Source of the DNA: Chrysomallon squamiferum
Taxonomy: Eukaryota; Animalia; Mollusca
Direction: 5' to 3'
NCBI GenBank assembly: GCA_012295275.1
Contig: CM022671.1
Location: forward strand, 10,850,001-10,914,000
Length of the DNA: 64,000 nucleotides
Positions 1 to 12,039 of the stretch are shown here, in pieces. Each line of letters starts with the position of its first letter. Positions within the stretch are counted from its first letter, which is position 1. The translations under genes and the position numbers were made by a program. The notes under the pieces are model-generated. The model was not told where the DNA came from. It made no database searches and worked only from the letters and a program-made list of their open reading frames with translations.

Positions 1-500
1 TTATTGTCTACACGATGGATTCGAGTAGTAGATATAGGCTGTTTGTTATGTTTTGGGGTTTCTTTTATTATTTATTATTTGCTTGCTTTTAATATCTTTT
101 GCTGTTTTTATTGTCTGCATATTGGATAACAATATGTGATTTGGGCATTTGTTACTTTTGTGTAACTGATTCAGGCCGTTATGTGTTTTAGGTTTGTTTT
201 TTTGTTATTTATTATTATTTTTTAATTTGCCTTTAGTCTCTGTTGCTTTTATTTAGTTGGCTACACACTGAATTAAAGTGAATCAGGCTGTTATGGTTAT
301 TTAAGTTGTGGCTTGGTTTTGTTTCTTTTCGGTGTGTGGTTTCTTTTTGTTTGTATACTTGTAGTAAACAGTTTTTTTAATTATATTTTTTGTTTTCTAG
401 TTTTGTATTCTATTGTCTACACACTGGATGACAGTATCTTATTCAGGTTGCACCTTATGTGTTTTGGGTTCGTTTATTTTTTATTTATTTATATATTTTA
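1..500 (+). repeat. Degenerate ~48-bp satellite units (core TTGTCTACACACTGGATAACAGTATCTGATTCAGGC) separated by T-rich spacers
   Basis: Core recurs at about 5, 110, 260 and 413 and matches the arrays at 3060-5618 and 8238-8970. Confidence 0.75.
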
Positions 501-699
501 GATTTTAGTATTTCAGTCAGAAATATATATATATTACATATTTTTATAATTTTTAATGTTTTATTTCTATACAGACAAGTTCATTAATAAAAATAACCAT
601 TACATGAGTAACAATAATCTACTACATCTCTTCCAGCTAAATATACTGTCTAAACCTCTAAACTCCTAAATGATAATCAAACTTAATTATCAGGTTTTC

Positions 700-3050
700 T
701 AAACATAATCAGTGTGACAATTTTTTTTACTTGGTTTACAATATGGTATTTGAGATAAATCTGAAAAAAACTAGTTAACTATGAACTAAAGAAAAAGGAA
801 ATTTGACAAAGCAGGCAAAAGAAGAAATTAAATACAAGAAATCAATGAATTTATAACAGATTTAGTTAATGGACAAGTCTGTTAGAGAGTGAGCAGCTGA
901 TCTCTAACACGTCTGTGAAATTTGAGATCATTACCAATATATCAATAATATCACGGGCAGTGCAATATTACTGATATCATTATTTTATATTTTTAAATTT
1001 ATAATATCCCTGCTTGTCATTTCTTCTTTCTGGTAGTGAAAATTAGGTGTTGTTTTTGAGATTATGATAGAATGTCATAGGATCTGATAAACTGTAATCA
1101 TAATAAAACTTACTTGATCTATTATTTTCAGTAGTTTCTTGAATGATATGTAAACAGAACAGTAGTTTCAAAGCAATGCTATTTTTTTTTTTTTTTTTTT
1201 TTTTTGAAAATGTAACTCAGTCTGATTTGAATTTTTGCATTGCTTCCTTCATGCTGTATTTATTTTATTTTAAATCTTAATGACTGACTAAATGTTTATA
1301 ATTTATTTATTTTTAATAATATATATTTTATTATTTTGTTTTAGTCAGTTTAGAAAACTAAGCTTAACAAATTCTTGATGCATATATTAATATCGAATTA
1401 TTTATAAACATACCAATAGTTTCAAATTATTGCTGATTTTTATATTTTTGTTGAAAATTTAACTCAATCTGATTTGAATGTATGGATTATGTCCTTCATA
1501 CTATTTTTTCTTTTAAATCTTACCTACGGCAGTTAACCTTTCATTTTCTCTTTTAGTCAGTTTAGAAAACTAAGCTTAACAAATCCTTGATGCATATATT
1601 AATATCGACACTTGATTAGACTGAAGAAATATTTAATCCTTTTTTTATTACTTAGTTCATTTTGTGATATTGAGATTACAATAGAATGACTTAGTACCAG
1701 TTAGATAAATTGTACTTATGGTAATACATGCTTTAACCATTGTTTTCAGTAGTTTCTTGAATTATCTATGAATATACCCATAGTTTCAAATTAATGCTAA
1801 GTGATTTTTATATTTTATTTGAAAATTTTACTCAATCTGATTTGCATTTGTGGATTGTTTCCATCATAATATATATATATTTTTTTAAACCTTACCTACT
1901 GCAGTTAAACTTTTATTATTTATTCATTTTTAACAATATGATTTATTATTTATTATTTTCTATTTTAATCAGTTTAGAAGACTACGCTTAACAACAAACC
2001 CTTGATACACAGATTAATATCAACATTGAAATAGTCTGATGAAATATTTAATCTTACTTCAACAATGAAATCAGTGCAATCATTTCAGCAGTTCTTTTGA
2101 TGAAAGAGAACTATGAGTTAAAATGGTTTCTAATTTCTAATATCCGAAATAAGGTCTATTAATTTGTTGTTACCTTTTAGATTTTAATCTTACATAGTTC
2201 GGTAATTTTCTATTTTCAATTTCTCTACACTATTTTCAAAATTTAATGTACTATAGAAAAGAATTGCTAAATAATAATAATAATAAAAATATAGTAGTTC
2301 ACTTGATTATATTTTCTTAACCTCTATACTCCTGAAAAAGAAGATCAACTGAGGCTTTTAAACAAAAATTAATGTTACAGAATGGTTTTTTCTTTATTAC
2401 TTAGTTTACATTATATTTCCAAAAAATCTGAAAAGATAAGTTAACTATGAGTTAAACAAAACTTTAAGAATGTGAATGATTTAATCAGAAATGTCTGAAT
2501 AAATGTGTAACATTACAGCAATTGGAAACAATGCTCGGCTATTGGCAGAAACTGAATGATTCACAAAAAGCAAAGTCATTTTAAATGCAATTTAATTTGA
2601 TTCTTATTTATTATTTTAATTCATTGTTTTTAAAAGTTATATTCACTCCAAGAAAAAGGAAATTTGACAAAGCAGGTAAAAGAAGAAATTAACTAAATGA
2701 AATCAATGAATTTATAACAGATTTAGTTAATGGACAAGTCTGTTAGAGATTGAGCAGCTGATCTCTAACACGTCTGTCAAATTTGAGATCATTACCAATA
2801 TATCAATAATATCACGGGCAGTGCAATATTACTGATGTCATTATTTTATATTTTTAAATTTATAATATCCCTGCTTGTCATTTCTCCTTTCTAGAAGTCA
2901 AAATTATGTATGTCTTGTTTTAGAGATTATCATAGAATGTCTTAGTATCAGTTTAATAAATTGTAATTATAATAATACATATATCTTCTATTATTTTCAG
3001 GAGTTCCTTGTATTATATATAAATAGAACAGTAGTTTCAAAGCAATGCTA
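700..3050. repeat. AT-rich complex segmental repeat: ~400-bp block duplicated (789-1185 and 2650-3050) plus ~200-350-bp subrepeats (1200-2030)
   Basis: Near-identical GGAAATTTGACAAAGCAGG...GTTAGAGA..CAGCTGATCTCTAACACGTCTGT...CCCTGCTTGTCATTTCT blocks ~1.86 kb apart; TTTAGTCAGTTTAGAAAACTAAGCTTAACAAAT at ~1340 and ~1552. Confidence 0.85.
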
Positions 3051-3059
3051 ATTGTTTTT

Positions 3060-5618
3060 TATTGTCTATACATTGGATTATTCTACCTGATTCAGGCTGT
3101 TATTTTTGGTTTTTTAAAAATATAAACTATTTATCTTTTTTTTTTGTTGTTGTTGTTGTTGTTGTTCTTTGCCTGTTTATAATATCTAGTTGTTTTTTTA
3201 ATTGTCTGCACACTGAGTAACAGTTTGTGATTCAGACTGTTGACTACCTATTTGGGGTTTGTTTTTTTGTATTTTATTTTATTTTTTAATATATTTGTTT
3301 TATTCTGTTTTTATTTCCTTTTTATACATATTTTTTCTTTACACTTTGGATAAGAGTATTTACTTCAGATTCTGTCGTGTTTAGAAATTTTATTTTATCT
3401 TCCTTTTATTTGTTTATTTACTTATTTTATATAATTTTTAAGTTTTTATCTATAATGCATAACAGTATTTGACTGTCTTTTTTCTTCTTTTTTTTCTAAT
3501 TGTCTACAGACTTGATTACAGCATCTGATTTTTGGTTTGTTATTTATTTTTTAATATCTGGGTTTTTGGGGGGATTTATTATTTTTGGGGGTTGGGGTTT
3601 TTTTTGTTACTGACTATGTATTGGATTAAAGTATCTGATTAAGGATTTTTGGTTTTCAATTTTTAATTTGTTTTGTTGTTTTTTTGCTTCCTTGCTTGTT
3701 TTTTAATATCTGTTATTGGGTGCATTTTTGTTTTATTGTCTACACACTGGTAACTGTGTGATTCAGGCTGTTGATTACATATTAGGGTTTTATTATGACA
3801 GTATCAGATACAGGCTTTTTTTAGAGTTTTGGTGAGAGAATTTGTTTTTTTTTTTTTATGTTTTAGTATTCATGTTGAGTTTTGGGGGTTCTTTTTTTTA
3901 TTATCTACACATTGCATTACAGTATCTGATACAGCTTGTTTTTATGTTTTGAGTTTGTCTTTTTGCTGTTACTATTTTCTTCTTCATTCTTCTTTTCTTT
4001 GAGAATTAATTATTATTATTATTATTATTATTTTATTGTTGTTTTGCTTTGCTCATAGTAAGGGTTTTTCTTGTTTTTTTTTATCTACACTGGATTACAG
4101 TATCCAATTCAGGCTTTTTGTTATATATTTTGTTTTTTTTAGCTATTTCCCCCCTTTTAGTATCTCTTGTGCTTTTTATTATTTTATTACTTTTTTTATT
4201 TTATTATTATTATTATTTGTTATCTATACTGGATAAGAGTAACTGACTGCGTATTGGGTAACAGTTTCCGATTCAGACTTTTGGGATCTATGTTTAATTA
4301 TTTTTGGATTTGTTGTTCATTTTCACTGTTTTTGTGGGTTTTTTGTTTTTCTGATATTTGATTTTTTTTTTTTGTCTCTTTTGTTTTGCTTTTATATTTT
4401 CTGCACATTTAATTTAGGTTAATGGTTTATTTGATTATCTTCAAATTAGATAACAGGTTATTTCATAAGGTTATGTGTACACATGATAGCTGATTTGTTT
4501 TGATAGATAATCTACACCCTGAATAACAGTGTCTACTTTAGGTTATTTTCTTAGAAACTTACACCTCTGGAAACAGTGGGACAGTTTTGTTACATCATGA
4601 AGATGATAACATTGTCCAGTTCAGTTTGTTTATTTTCATCTACACACTGTATAACAGAATATGATTGAAGTCTTTTGTTGGATTATGTAAACTAATGATG
4701 ACTGTATCCGATTCATGTTTTTTATTTTAGATTATATACACATGGATAACAATATCTGAATCAGATCATTGTCTTGAATTATCTAGAGACATAATAAATT
4801 ATTTGATTTAAACTGATTGTATTATTTCATGTTATAACTCAGGGTTTTTTTCTAGTATTTAATTCAGGCTTTTTGTTTTGTTATTTGTTTATTTACTTGC
4901 TTGCTTTTAGAGTGTTTATAGTCTACGCACTGAACAACAGTGTGATTCAGGCTATTTTGTTTTGGGGTTTATTTTTGTATATATTTTTTATACTATTTGA
5001 TTTTTTTACTATTATTATTTTTTATTTTTTATTTTTATTTTTTTATTATTATTACATTTCTTACTGTTTTATTGTCAACTATCTGGATTACAGTGATTAA
5101 AACGATTATTATTTTTTTGTTGTCTATACACTGAATTGCAGTAATTCAGGCTTTTATGTTTTGGGGGTTTGTTTTGTTTTATTTTTATTTAAATTTGGTT
5201 TTGTTTTGTTTGTTTTGTTTGTTTTTGTTTGTCTACTTCTAGTATCCAACTGTTTGTTTTTTATTATCTTCTTTTGTTTTCTTGTTTTGTTTTCTACTGT
5301 CTACATTTTGTTTTGTGAATTTTTATTTTGTTATATTTTTTTTCTTTTGGTTTTACTATCTAGTTTTTTTTTGTTGTAGTCTACACACTGGATTACACAT
5401 CCGATTCAGTAAGTTTCTTATATATTTGGGGTTAACAGCCTCAGATTTAGGATGCTTTGTGGTTTTTTGTTTTATTTTTTGTCTGAAATATAAAATGTCT
5501 ATACATTGAATAACAGTATCTGATTCATAATTTTTGTTTTTATTTTTTATTTATTTTTTATATTTTTGGGGGATTTTAGTATTTGATAGTTGCTTATTGT
5601 CTACACACTGGATTAGAG
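3060..5618 (+). repeat. Degenerate ~48-bp satellite with T-rich expanded spacers
   Basis: Many copies of TTGTCTACACACTGGATTACAGTATCTGATTCAGGCT; compact units at ~4430-4800. Confidence 0.8.
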
Positions 5619-8237
5619 CAGGGGTTTTCAATCTGTGGTCCGTGGGGGTCTGTGGACAGCGAATACTTTTTATGGGCAGTTTGATTTTATCTATGTTTTT
5701 TAATCAAAATCTTTTTTCTTATATTTGTAAATGTGAGCGCATGAAATAACAGGTAAATAATTTTGTAATATATCCTAAAAGTACCATCGATTAAAACAGT
5801 TAAGTTGTCACTTGAGCATTGATCACGTGTCAGGAATTCCATTCACATTAATTATGGTTCGTGACATAAGAAACGTGTGGGAATTTATGGGTTTTTTTGC
5901 GTTTAAGTATTTGCTGAGTTAAGACTGTTTAGTCAGATCCAAAGAAGCACGTAGGTACTGTAATTTTTAAATACTCTTTGTTAATTTACACATCCAGTGA
6001 AGTTCAAATTATAAATTTTCAGTGTCTGAATGAATATCTGAATTTTATTTATTAATGTTCCTAAATGGCATAAAACCTACATTATCGCCCATTATACGTC
6101 AACGTTATTTACACGAAAATTATTTTACACATGCAAGAGCTTCACATTCAAATTTACTTTTCTTTTTCAGAGTGCCAGCGTTACCCATGGATAAATTTTT
6201 GAAACGGAAAGCTCATAATGAAATCAACTCAGAATCTGATACAGAGACAGAAGAGATTGTTCAGAAAAATAAATTAAGAAAATACGACGTGGAGTATATT
6301 TGATTTGGATTCACTGAAAGTGTGTCTAATGCTAACAGACCTCAGTGTTTACTTTGTCATAAGCTGTTGTCGAATGAAGCCTTGAAACCAGCTAAACTGC
6401 AGAGACATTTAACAACACTACATCCTCAATTTGCCACAAAACCAAAAGATTTTTTTGAAAGAAAAAAGGATGCGTATTTAAAAGAGACAACAACTTTTAA
6501 AATGTCAATAACATCAAATTATAAACTACTACGGGCATCTTATTTAGTGGCACTGAGAGTGGCTCGGGCTAAGAAGGCCCATAATATTGCTGAAGAACTT
6601 GTATTGCCCTGTGCAATAGACATGTGTGAGGCAGTTTTAGATGAAAAATGTACTGCGAAATTGAAAGCTGTGCCACTGTCAGACAACACAATTGCACGAA
6701 GAACAGAAGATATGTCAAAAGATATAAAATCTCAGTTAATTGACAGAGTGAAAACAAGCTTTTTTGCATTACAACTTGATGAAAGCACAGATATTACCAG
6801 TGAATCTCAACTTATGGTGTATGTGCAATATTGTTGGGAAAATGAAATGCTTGAAGATTTTCTATTTTGCTATTCTATGCCCACTAGAACAACTGGGGAG
6901 GAAGTTTTCAAAGTATTGGACTCTTTTCTTTTTCAATCAGGCTTGTTATGGAGCCAGTGTATTGGCATATGTACAGATGGGGCGGCATCAATGACCGGTA
7001 TTCACTCGGGTGTTGTGGGATATATTAAGAAAGTAGCACCTAACATCACTACAACACATTGCATGATTCATCGAGAAGCTCTGGTTGCCAAAAAAATAGA
7101 TGCTTCTTTGTCCGAAGTCTTGTCATGTTGTATTAAAGTGATAAATTTCATTAAAACAAGAACATTGTACAGTCGTTTCTTTGCAATACTCTGTGGTGAG
7201 ATGGGGGCTGAACATTCAAGTCTGTTGCTTCATACAGAGGTAAGATGGCTTTCATGAGGTAAAACAATTCAGCGTTTATTTGAACTTAGAGAAGAACTGT
7301 TGATGTTTTTGTGTGATTATAATGCTGAACTGGCTTCAATAATGGCTGATAAAAGTTGGCTTTGCAAAGTTGCTTATCTGGCAGATATATTTAACAAACT
7401 TAATGAACTGAATTTATCTCTACAAGGAAGAAATTCAAGTATTTTATTTAGTCGTGACAAAATAGAAGCCTTCAAGAAAAAACTGAATATATGGACTACA
7501 AAAGTTAGTAAGAAAACTTTAGGTATGTTCCCTACACTGGACGAATATCTCCGTAACAATGGTTCGGTTAATGTTGATTTGGTAATTGTAGATATTAAAC
7601 AACATTTAATATCACTAGGTGAGCATTTTGACAAATATTTCTCGAAAGATGTTCCAGATAGTATTGAAAATTTTGACTGGATCAGAAATCTGTTTAATGT
7701 TGAAATAGCTGATGACATGCTCACAGGAAATGAACTGGAAGAACTGGCTGAAATTTCATGCGACAGAACTTTAAAAATCAGTTTTATGCAGCAACCACTT
7801 TCGAAATTCTGGCTTACTGTAGCCTCCGAGTATCCATTGTTATCTCGAAAGGCAGTTAAGATTTTGCTACCATTTGCAACAACATATTTATGCGAAGCAG
7901 GATTTTCGGCACTGACCAATCTGAAAAGCAAATACAGATCCAGACTTGCTCCAGAAAGAGACTTGCGTGTATGTTTGTCAGTAATATCTCCAAGAATTGA
8001 CAGTTTGTGCAAAGCCAAGCAAGCACATCCTTCTCACTAAGTATGTATTAAAAAAATCCTGTGTGTATAATTGACAATAAACCTATTTGTTAAATACTGT
8101 TAAATGAATAAATGTAAAAATATATGTTATTTTAAGCAAATATTTATTATAAATTTCATAAGCATTTATAAAGGGGTCCCTAAGGTAAAGCCTGAAATAT
8201 AAAGGGGTCCGCAAGTCAAAAAGTTTGAAAACCACTG
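5619..8237 (+). mobile_element. Full-length hAT DNA transposon, Buster/Charlie/SPIN group (2619 bp)
   Basis: Left TIR CAGGGGTTTTCAATCT versus reverse complement of right end CAGTGGTTTTCAAACT (14/16). Perfect 8-bp TSD GATTAGAG at 5611-5618 and 8238-8245 with the central TA typical of Buster elements. Subterminal GGGGTCC repeats. Confidence 0.96.
6187..8040 (+). pseudogene. Buster-type hAT transposase (617 codons, ZBED5/SCAND3-like) with two in-frame TGA stops and no frameshift
   Basis: ORFs 6055-6303, 6322-7257 and 7300-8040 share one frame. MDKFLKRK start, BED finger CLLC..HLTTLH, LQLDESTD, ICTDGAASM, HCMIHRE, EVRWLS*GK, TYLCEAGFS, C-terminal KQAHPSH. Stops at 6301-6303 and 7255-7257. Confidence 0.93.
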
Positions 8238-8970
8238 GATTAGAGTATCTGATCATTGCTTTTTCATCATCTACATAGTGCATAATAGTTTGGGATTAAG
8301 GAGGGTTTTTAAGGGGGGGGGGTGTCGATTTTTTTTTTTTTTTTTTATTTATGTTATTTTGGGGTTTTACTTGTAATATCTGGTTGTTGTACTATATATA
8401 TTTTATATGTATATTTTGCATTTGCTCTTAGTATTTTATTTTTTTAATTTGTCTACACAGCAGGTGATTCAGGCCCTATTTATATTTTACTGGAGTTTAT
8501 CATATTTTTGTTTATAAATATATGTATGTTGTTTACTTGCTTTTAGTATCCGATTGTTAATGGGGTTTTATATTGTCTACACATTCGTAACATTATTAGA
8601 TCCATGCTGTTATTTTTGGGGGTACTTTTTTTATTTAAACTCCTTTTATTATTATTTTTTTTTTTTTACTTATTTATTTATTTATTTATTTATTTTCAAT
8701 TTATTTATTTATTTTTTTTTTTTTTTTCTTGCTTTAATATCTGTTGTTTATTGTCAACACACCTGTTAATGGTATCTATTCTAGATGTTCTTGGGAGGGT
8801 TTATGTTTGTTCAATTATTTATATTATTATTAGTTTTTTTGTTATTATTTTTAGATTATCTGATGACTTGATAACAATGCCTGAATTAGGATGGTTTGTT
8901 AAATTATCTATACACATTTGGTTACTGTAGCATAAAGACAACTAATAAAATAAAATAAAGTATCTGATAC
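8238..8970 (+). repeat. Continuation of the degenerate ~48-bp satellite beyond the transposon
   Basis: The unit split by the insertion resumes (TATCTGATC at 8246); further TTGTCTACAC cores at ~8449 and ~8573. Confidence 0.7.
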
Positions 8971-9599
8971 TAATGGCACTAACCTGAGTTCATTGTCAAC
9001 TTTTGTGATTTCCTTCTGAGGCAGTTTTACCTTCCTTCAGATCTCTTATTTTCCATGTTCAGTTTTCTAATTGCAGGTTAATGAAAACAGAAAATAAATT
9101 ATTTACATAATGATAAGATTAATTATTTATTTTATAATTTCACTGAAAATATTAATATATTTTTTGCAAAAAGAAAAATGTGACTGAAATAAAATTTAAT
9201 AAATTTCTTTAGGAAAAGAATCTGAAATTATATACGAGTTATTTTTAACAATATTTCTTCCCTTTTTACATTTTTTTAAAATTTATTTATATAAATTTCA
9301 TTCTCTGAATTAATATAAAACCATTACCTTTATTCATTTTTGTCTTGTAAAAAGAGTTTAGATTCTTGACTGCTATTCTGATGACTGTTCTAGGAGTCTA
9401 ATCCTGTTCACTTCATCATCAGTTGAAATCACCTTGCTTTCTGAAGGAGGTTACATAGCACATTTTCCTCACTGAATATTTACAAGTGACCATGTGAAAG
9501 AATAAAACTCAATCTAAATATAAAAAAATATCAGATAATAAATATTATTAAAAGGACATTTAATGAGAACTAATTGCAAATTTAATTAGGTCCAATTTG

Positions 9600-10980
9600 A
9601 GTAACTGGCATCGTTTGCTTCCACAGCAGGTGTAGTCTGAATCTTAATGAATATGACTAAATATTTTTATTTTTATAATTTATTTATTTTTAATAATAAT
9701 TATTTTATTATTTATTATTTTCTCTTTTACTAAGTTTATATTAACACTAACAACAAATGCATGATGCACAGATTAATATCAACCTGGTTTAGCAGATGTT
9801 TCATTACAGTTATTGTCGTTATTGTTAACTTATTTAATCTCAACTTAAGGAATTAGAAATACAAAAGTTGTTACGATTTGTAATACTTCTCTCACATCAG
9901 GAAACTGCAAAACTTTATCTCACAGGACAGGTAGCTCTTCACATGCTAAATACAGAAAATTGGATTATGAATGAAAACAAACTGTACACAGATGTATGTT
10001 ACAATAATGACAAATCAAGTTTTATTTTTTTTTTTTTTTTTTTTGGCTACATTGTAGATTTTAATGTTAATACTATGATATTTCAAAAAACCTGAGGAAA
10101 AAAAAATGAATTAAGTTTTTAAAAATCTGAATAATTTAATTTGAAATATCAAAATAAGCGTACATAACAGCAATTGGAAACAATGATCAAATTTTGGCAG
10201 AAACAGTGAATGGTTCACAAAAGTGAAGTCGTTTCAAATGCAATTTGATTTGATTCTTATTTATTATTTTAACTCATTAGTTTTCAAATACATTGGAAAT
10301 TTGACAAAGCAGGAAAAAGAAGAAATTAGCTATAAGAAATCAATTAATTTTTAACAGGTTTAGTCAATAGACAAGTCTGTTAGAGATTGAGCAGGTGATC
10401 TCTAACACGTCTGCCAAATTTTAGATGATCTCCAATATATCAATAATATCACGGGTAGTGCAATATTATTGATATCATTATTTTATATTTTTAAATTTAT
10501 AATATCCCTGCTTGTCATTTCTCTTTTCTAGAAGTCAAAACTATGTATGTCCTGTTTTTGATATTATGATAAGATGTCTTAATATCAGTTTAATAAATTT
10601 TAATTAAAATAAAATATACTTAATCTATTATTTCCAGTAGTTTCTTGAATTACATATAAATAACTGTAATTTTAAAGCAATTCTAATTGACTAATGTTTT
10701 TATGCTTTAAATTTAACTCTGATTCATTTAAATGGTTTGCTTCTTAAATCTTAATGATAGTGATTATATATATATAATTATTTTCTCTTTTTGTTTTGTT
10801 AAGAAGACATTATGCATAGCAACAAATGCATGATGCATAGATTAATATCAACACTGGATTATCTGAAGTAATATTTAATTTTACATGAAATTAGTGCATT
10901 GATTTCAGCAGCTATTTTTAGATTAAAGAGAAAAATAAGGTAAGATGGTTTCAACTTTCTATTAACCTAAATGAGCTCTT
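9600..10980. repeat. Third, more diverged copy of the AT-rich segmental repeat
   Basis: 10165-10690 aligns with 2510-3050; 10800-10975 aligns with 1970-2150. Confidence 0.8.
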
Positions 10981-11966
10981 TTTTTTTTTAAATTATTATT
11001 ATTATTATTATTATCATCATCATCACCATCACATATTTTAAATGACCTTTGCTAATTTTGTTTTTATTCTTATCGTATTTTGATTTGTCTAATTTCTTCT
11101 TTCTTGTTACGACGTCTGTTAGAAAAAAAATCTTCATTCTATGAGTCATCATGAAATGAAAAGAATTAGCTTTCGTAAGTGAAATGTAGTTATAGAGAAA
11201 ATGTTTTATATTAACGTTCAGTGATTGTAAGTTAAAACACTTATTCCCATCTACTGCGAAATTCGTATTCATCATTAAACACTGAAAACCTACTTCGAAA
11301 TTATCTAACAAACTCATTTTGCACTTTACTCATTAGTAGCACATACTTTTACTATAAATTATATGTTCGAAAAGTTGCAGTTCCAATCATGAGATAATTT
11401 TAAAGTCAGCCAAAAAAAGACTTCAGTTTTGGCTAATTGCTTGAACATTTGACAGAAAAATAACCACTTGACAACCACAGAAGCTACTTTAACTGACAAA
11501 AATAAATCATAAAAATTTAAGTTATCGCAAAATAACATTTAATAAAGCTATATTATCGATAATACTTACAAAAACGTCGTACTTGGTTCATGGCGCGTCT
11601 GCGAGGGTGACGAGATTAACCGAGACGAGACTACGGCTTGAAGCCACGTGCGAAAATTATTTTTACTTTCCTAGTACGTATTTTAAAATTTATAAGTTAT
11701 TTACTATGTGAATATTATTAATATAACTGTTTGAACAGATAAGATTTAGCTGCTATGTGAATATTATTATTATAACTGTATTTTAGCTAAAAATAAAATC
11801 ACGACAATCGAGGATCTCGTTTCTCACGTGCAGCACGAAATAACCTAGTTTTTACTGTCAGTGCGATTGCTTTTTATTACCAGTCGATCCCGTTTTTTTT
11901 TTTTTTTTTTTTTTTTTTTCTTTTTAAACAATAATACTAATAATAATAATAAATAAATAAATAAAT

Positions 11967-11970
<4 letters not shown>

Positions 11971-12035
<65 letters not shown>
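11971..12035. repeat. (TA)n microsatellite
   Basis: Seen directly. Confidence 0.98.

Positions 12036-12039
<4 letters not shown>

Noticed and set aside
948-970. miR-92-like seed (TATTGCAC on the minus strand) in the second hairpin
   Set aside because: The match spans the loop rather than an arm and the rest does not match miR-92.
313-5749. F/L/Y-rich short ORFs
   Set aside because: Artefacts of T-rich low-complexity sequence.
6301-7257. In-frame TGA codons read as selenocysteine or a variant genetic code
   Set aside because: The second replaces a conserved Arg, DNA2 in the same window has no internal stops, and nonsense decay is the simpler explanation.
7374-8018. 214-aa minus-strand ORF
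   Set aside because: Antisense shadow of the transposase frame.
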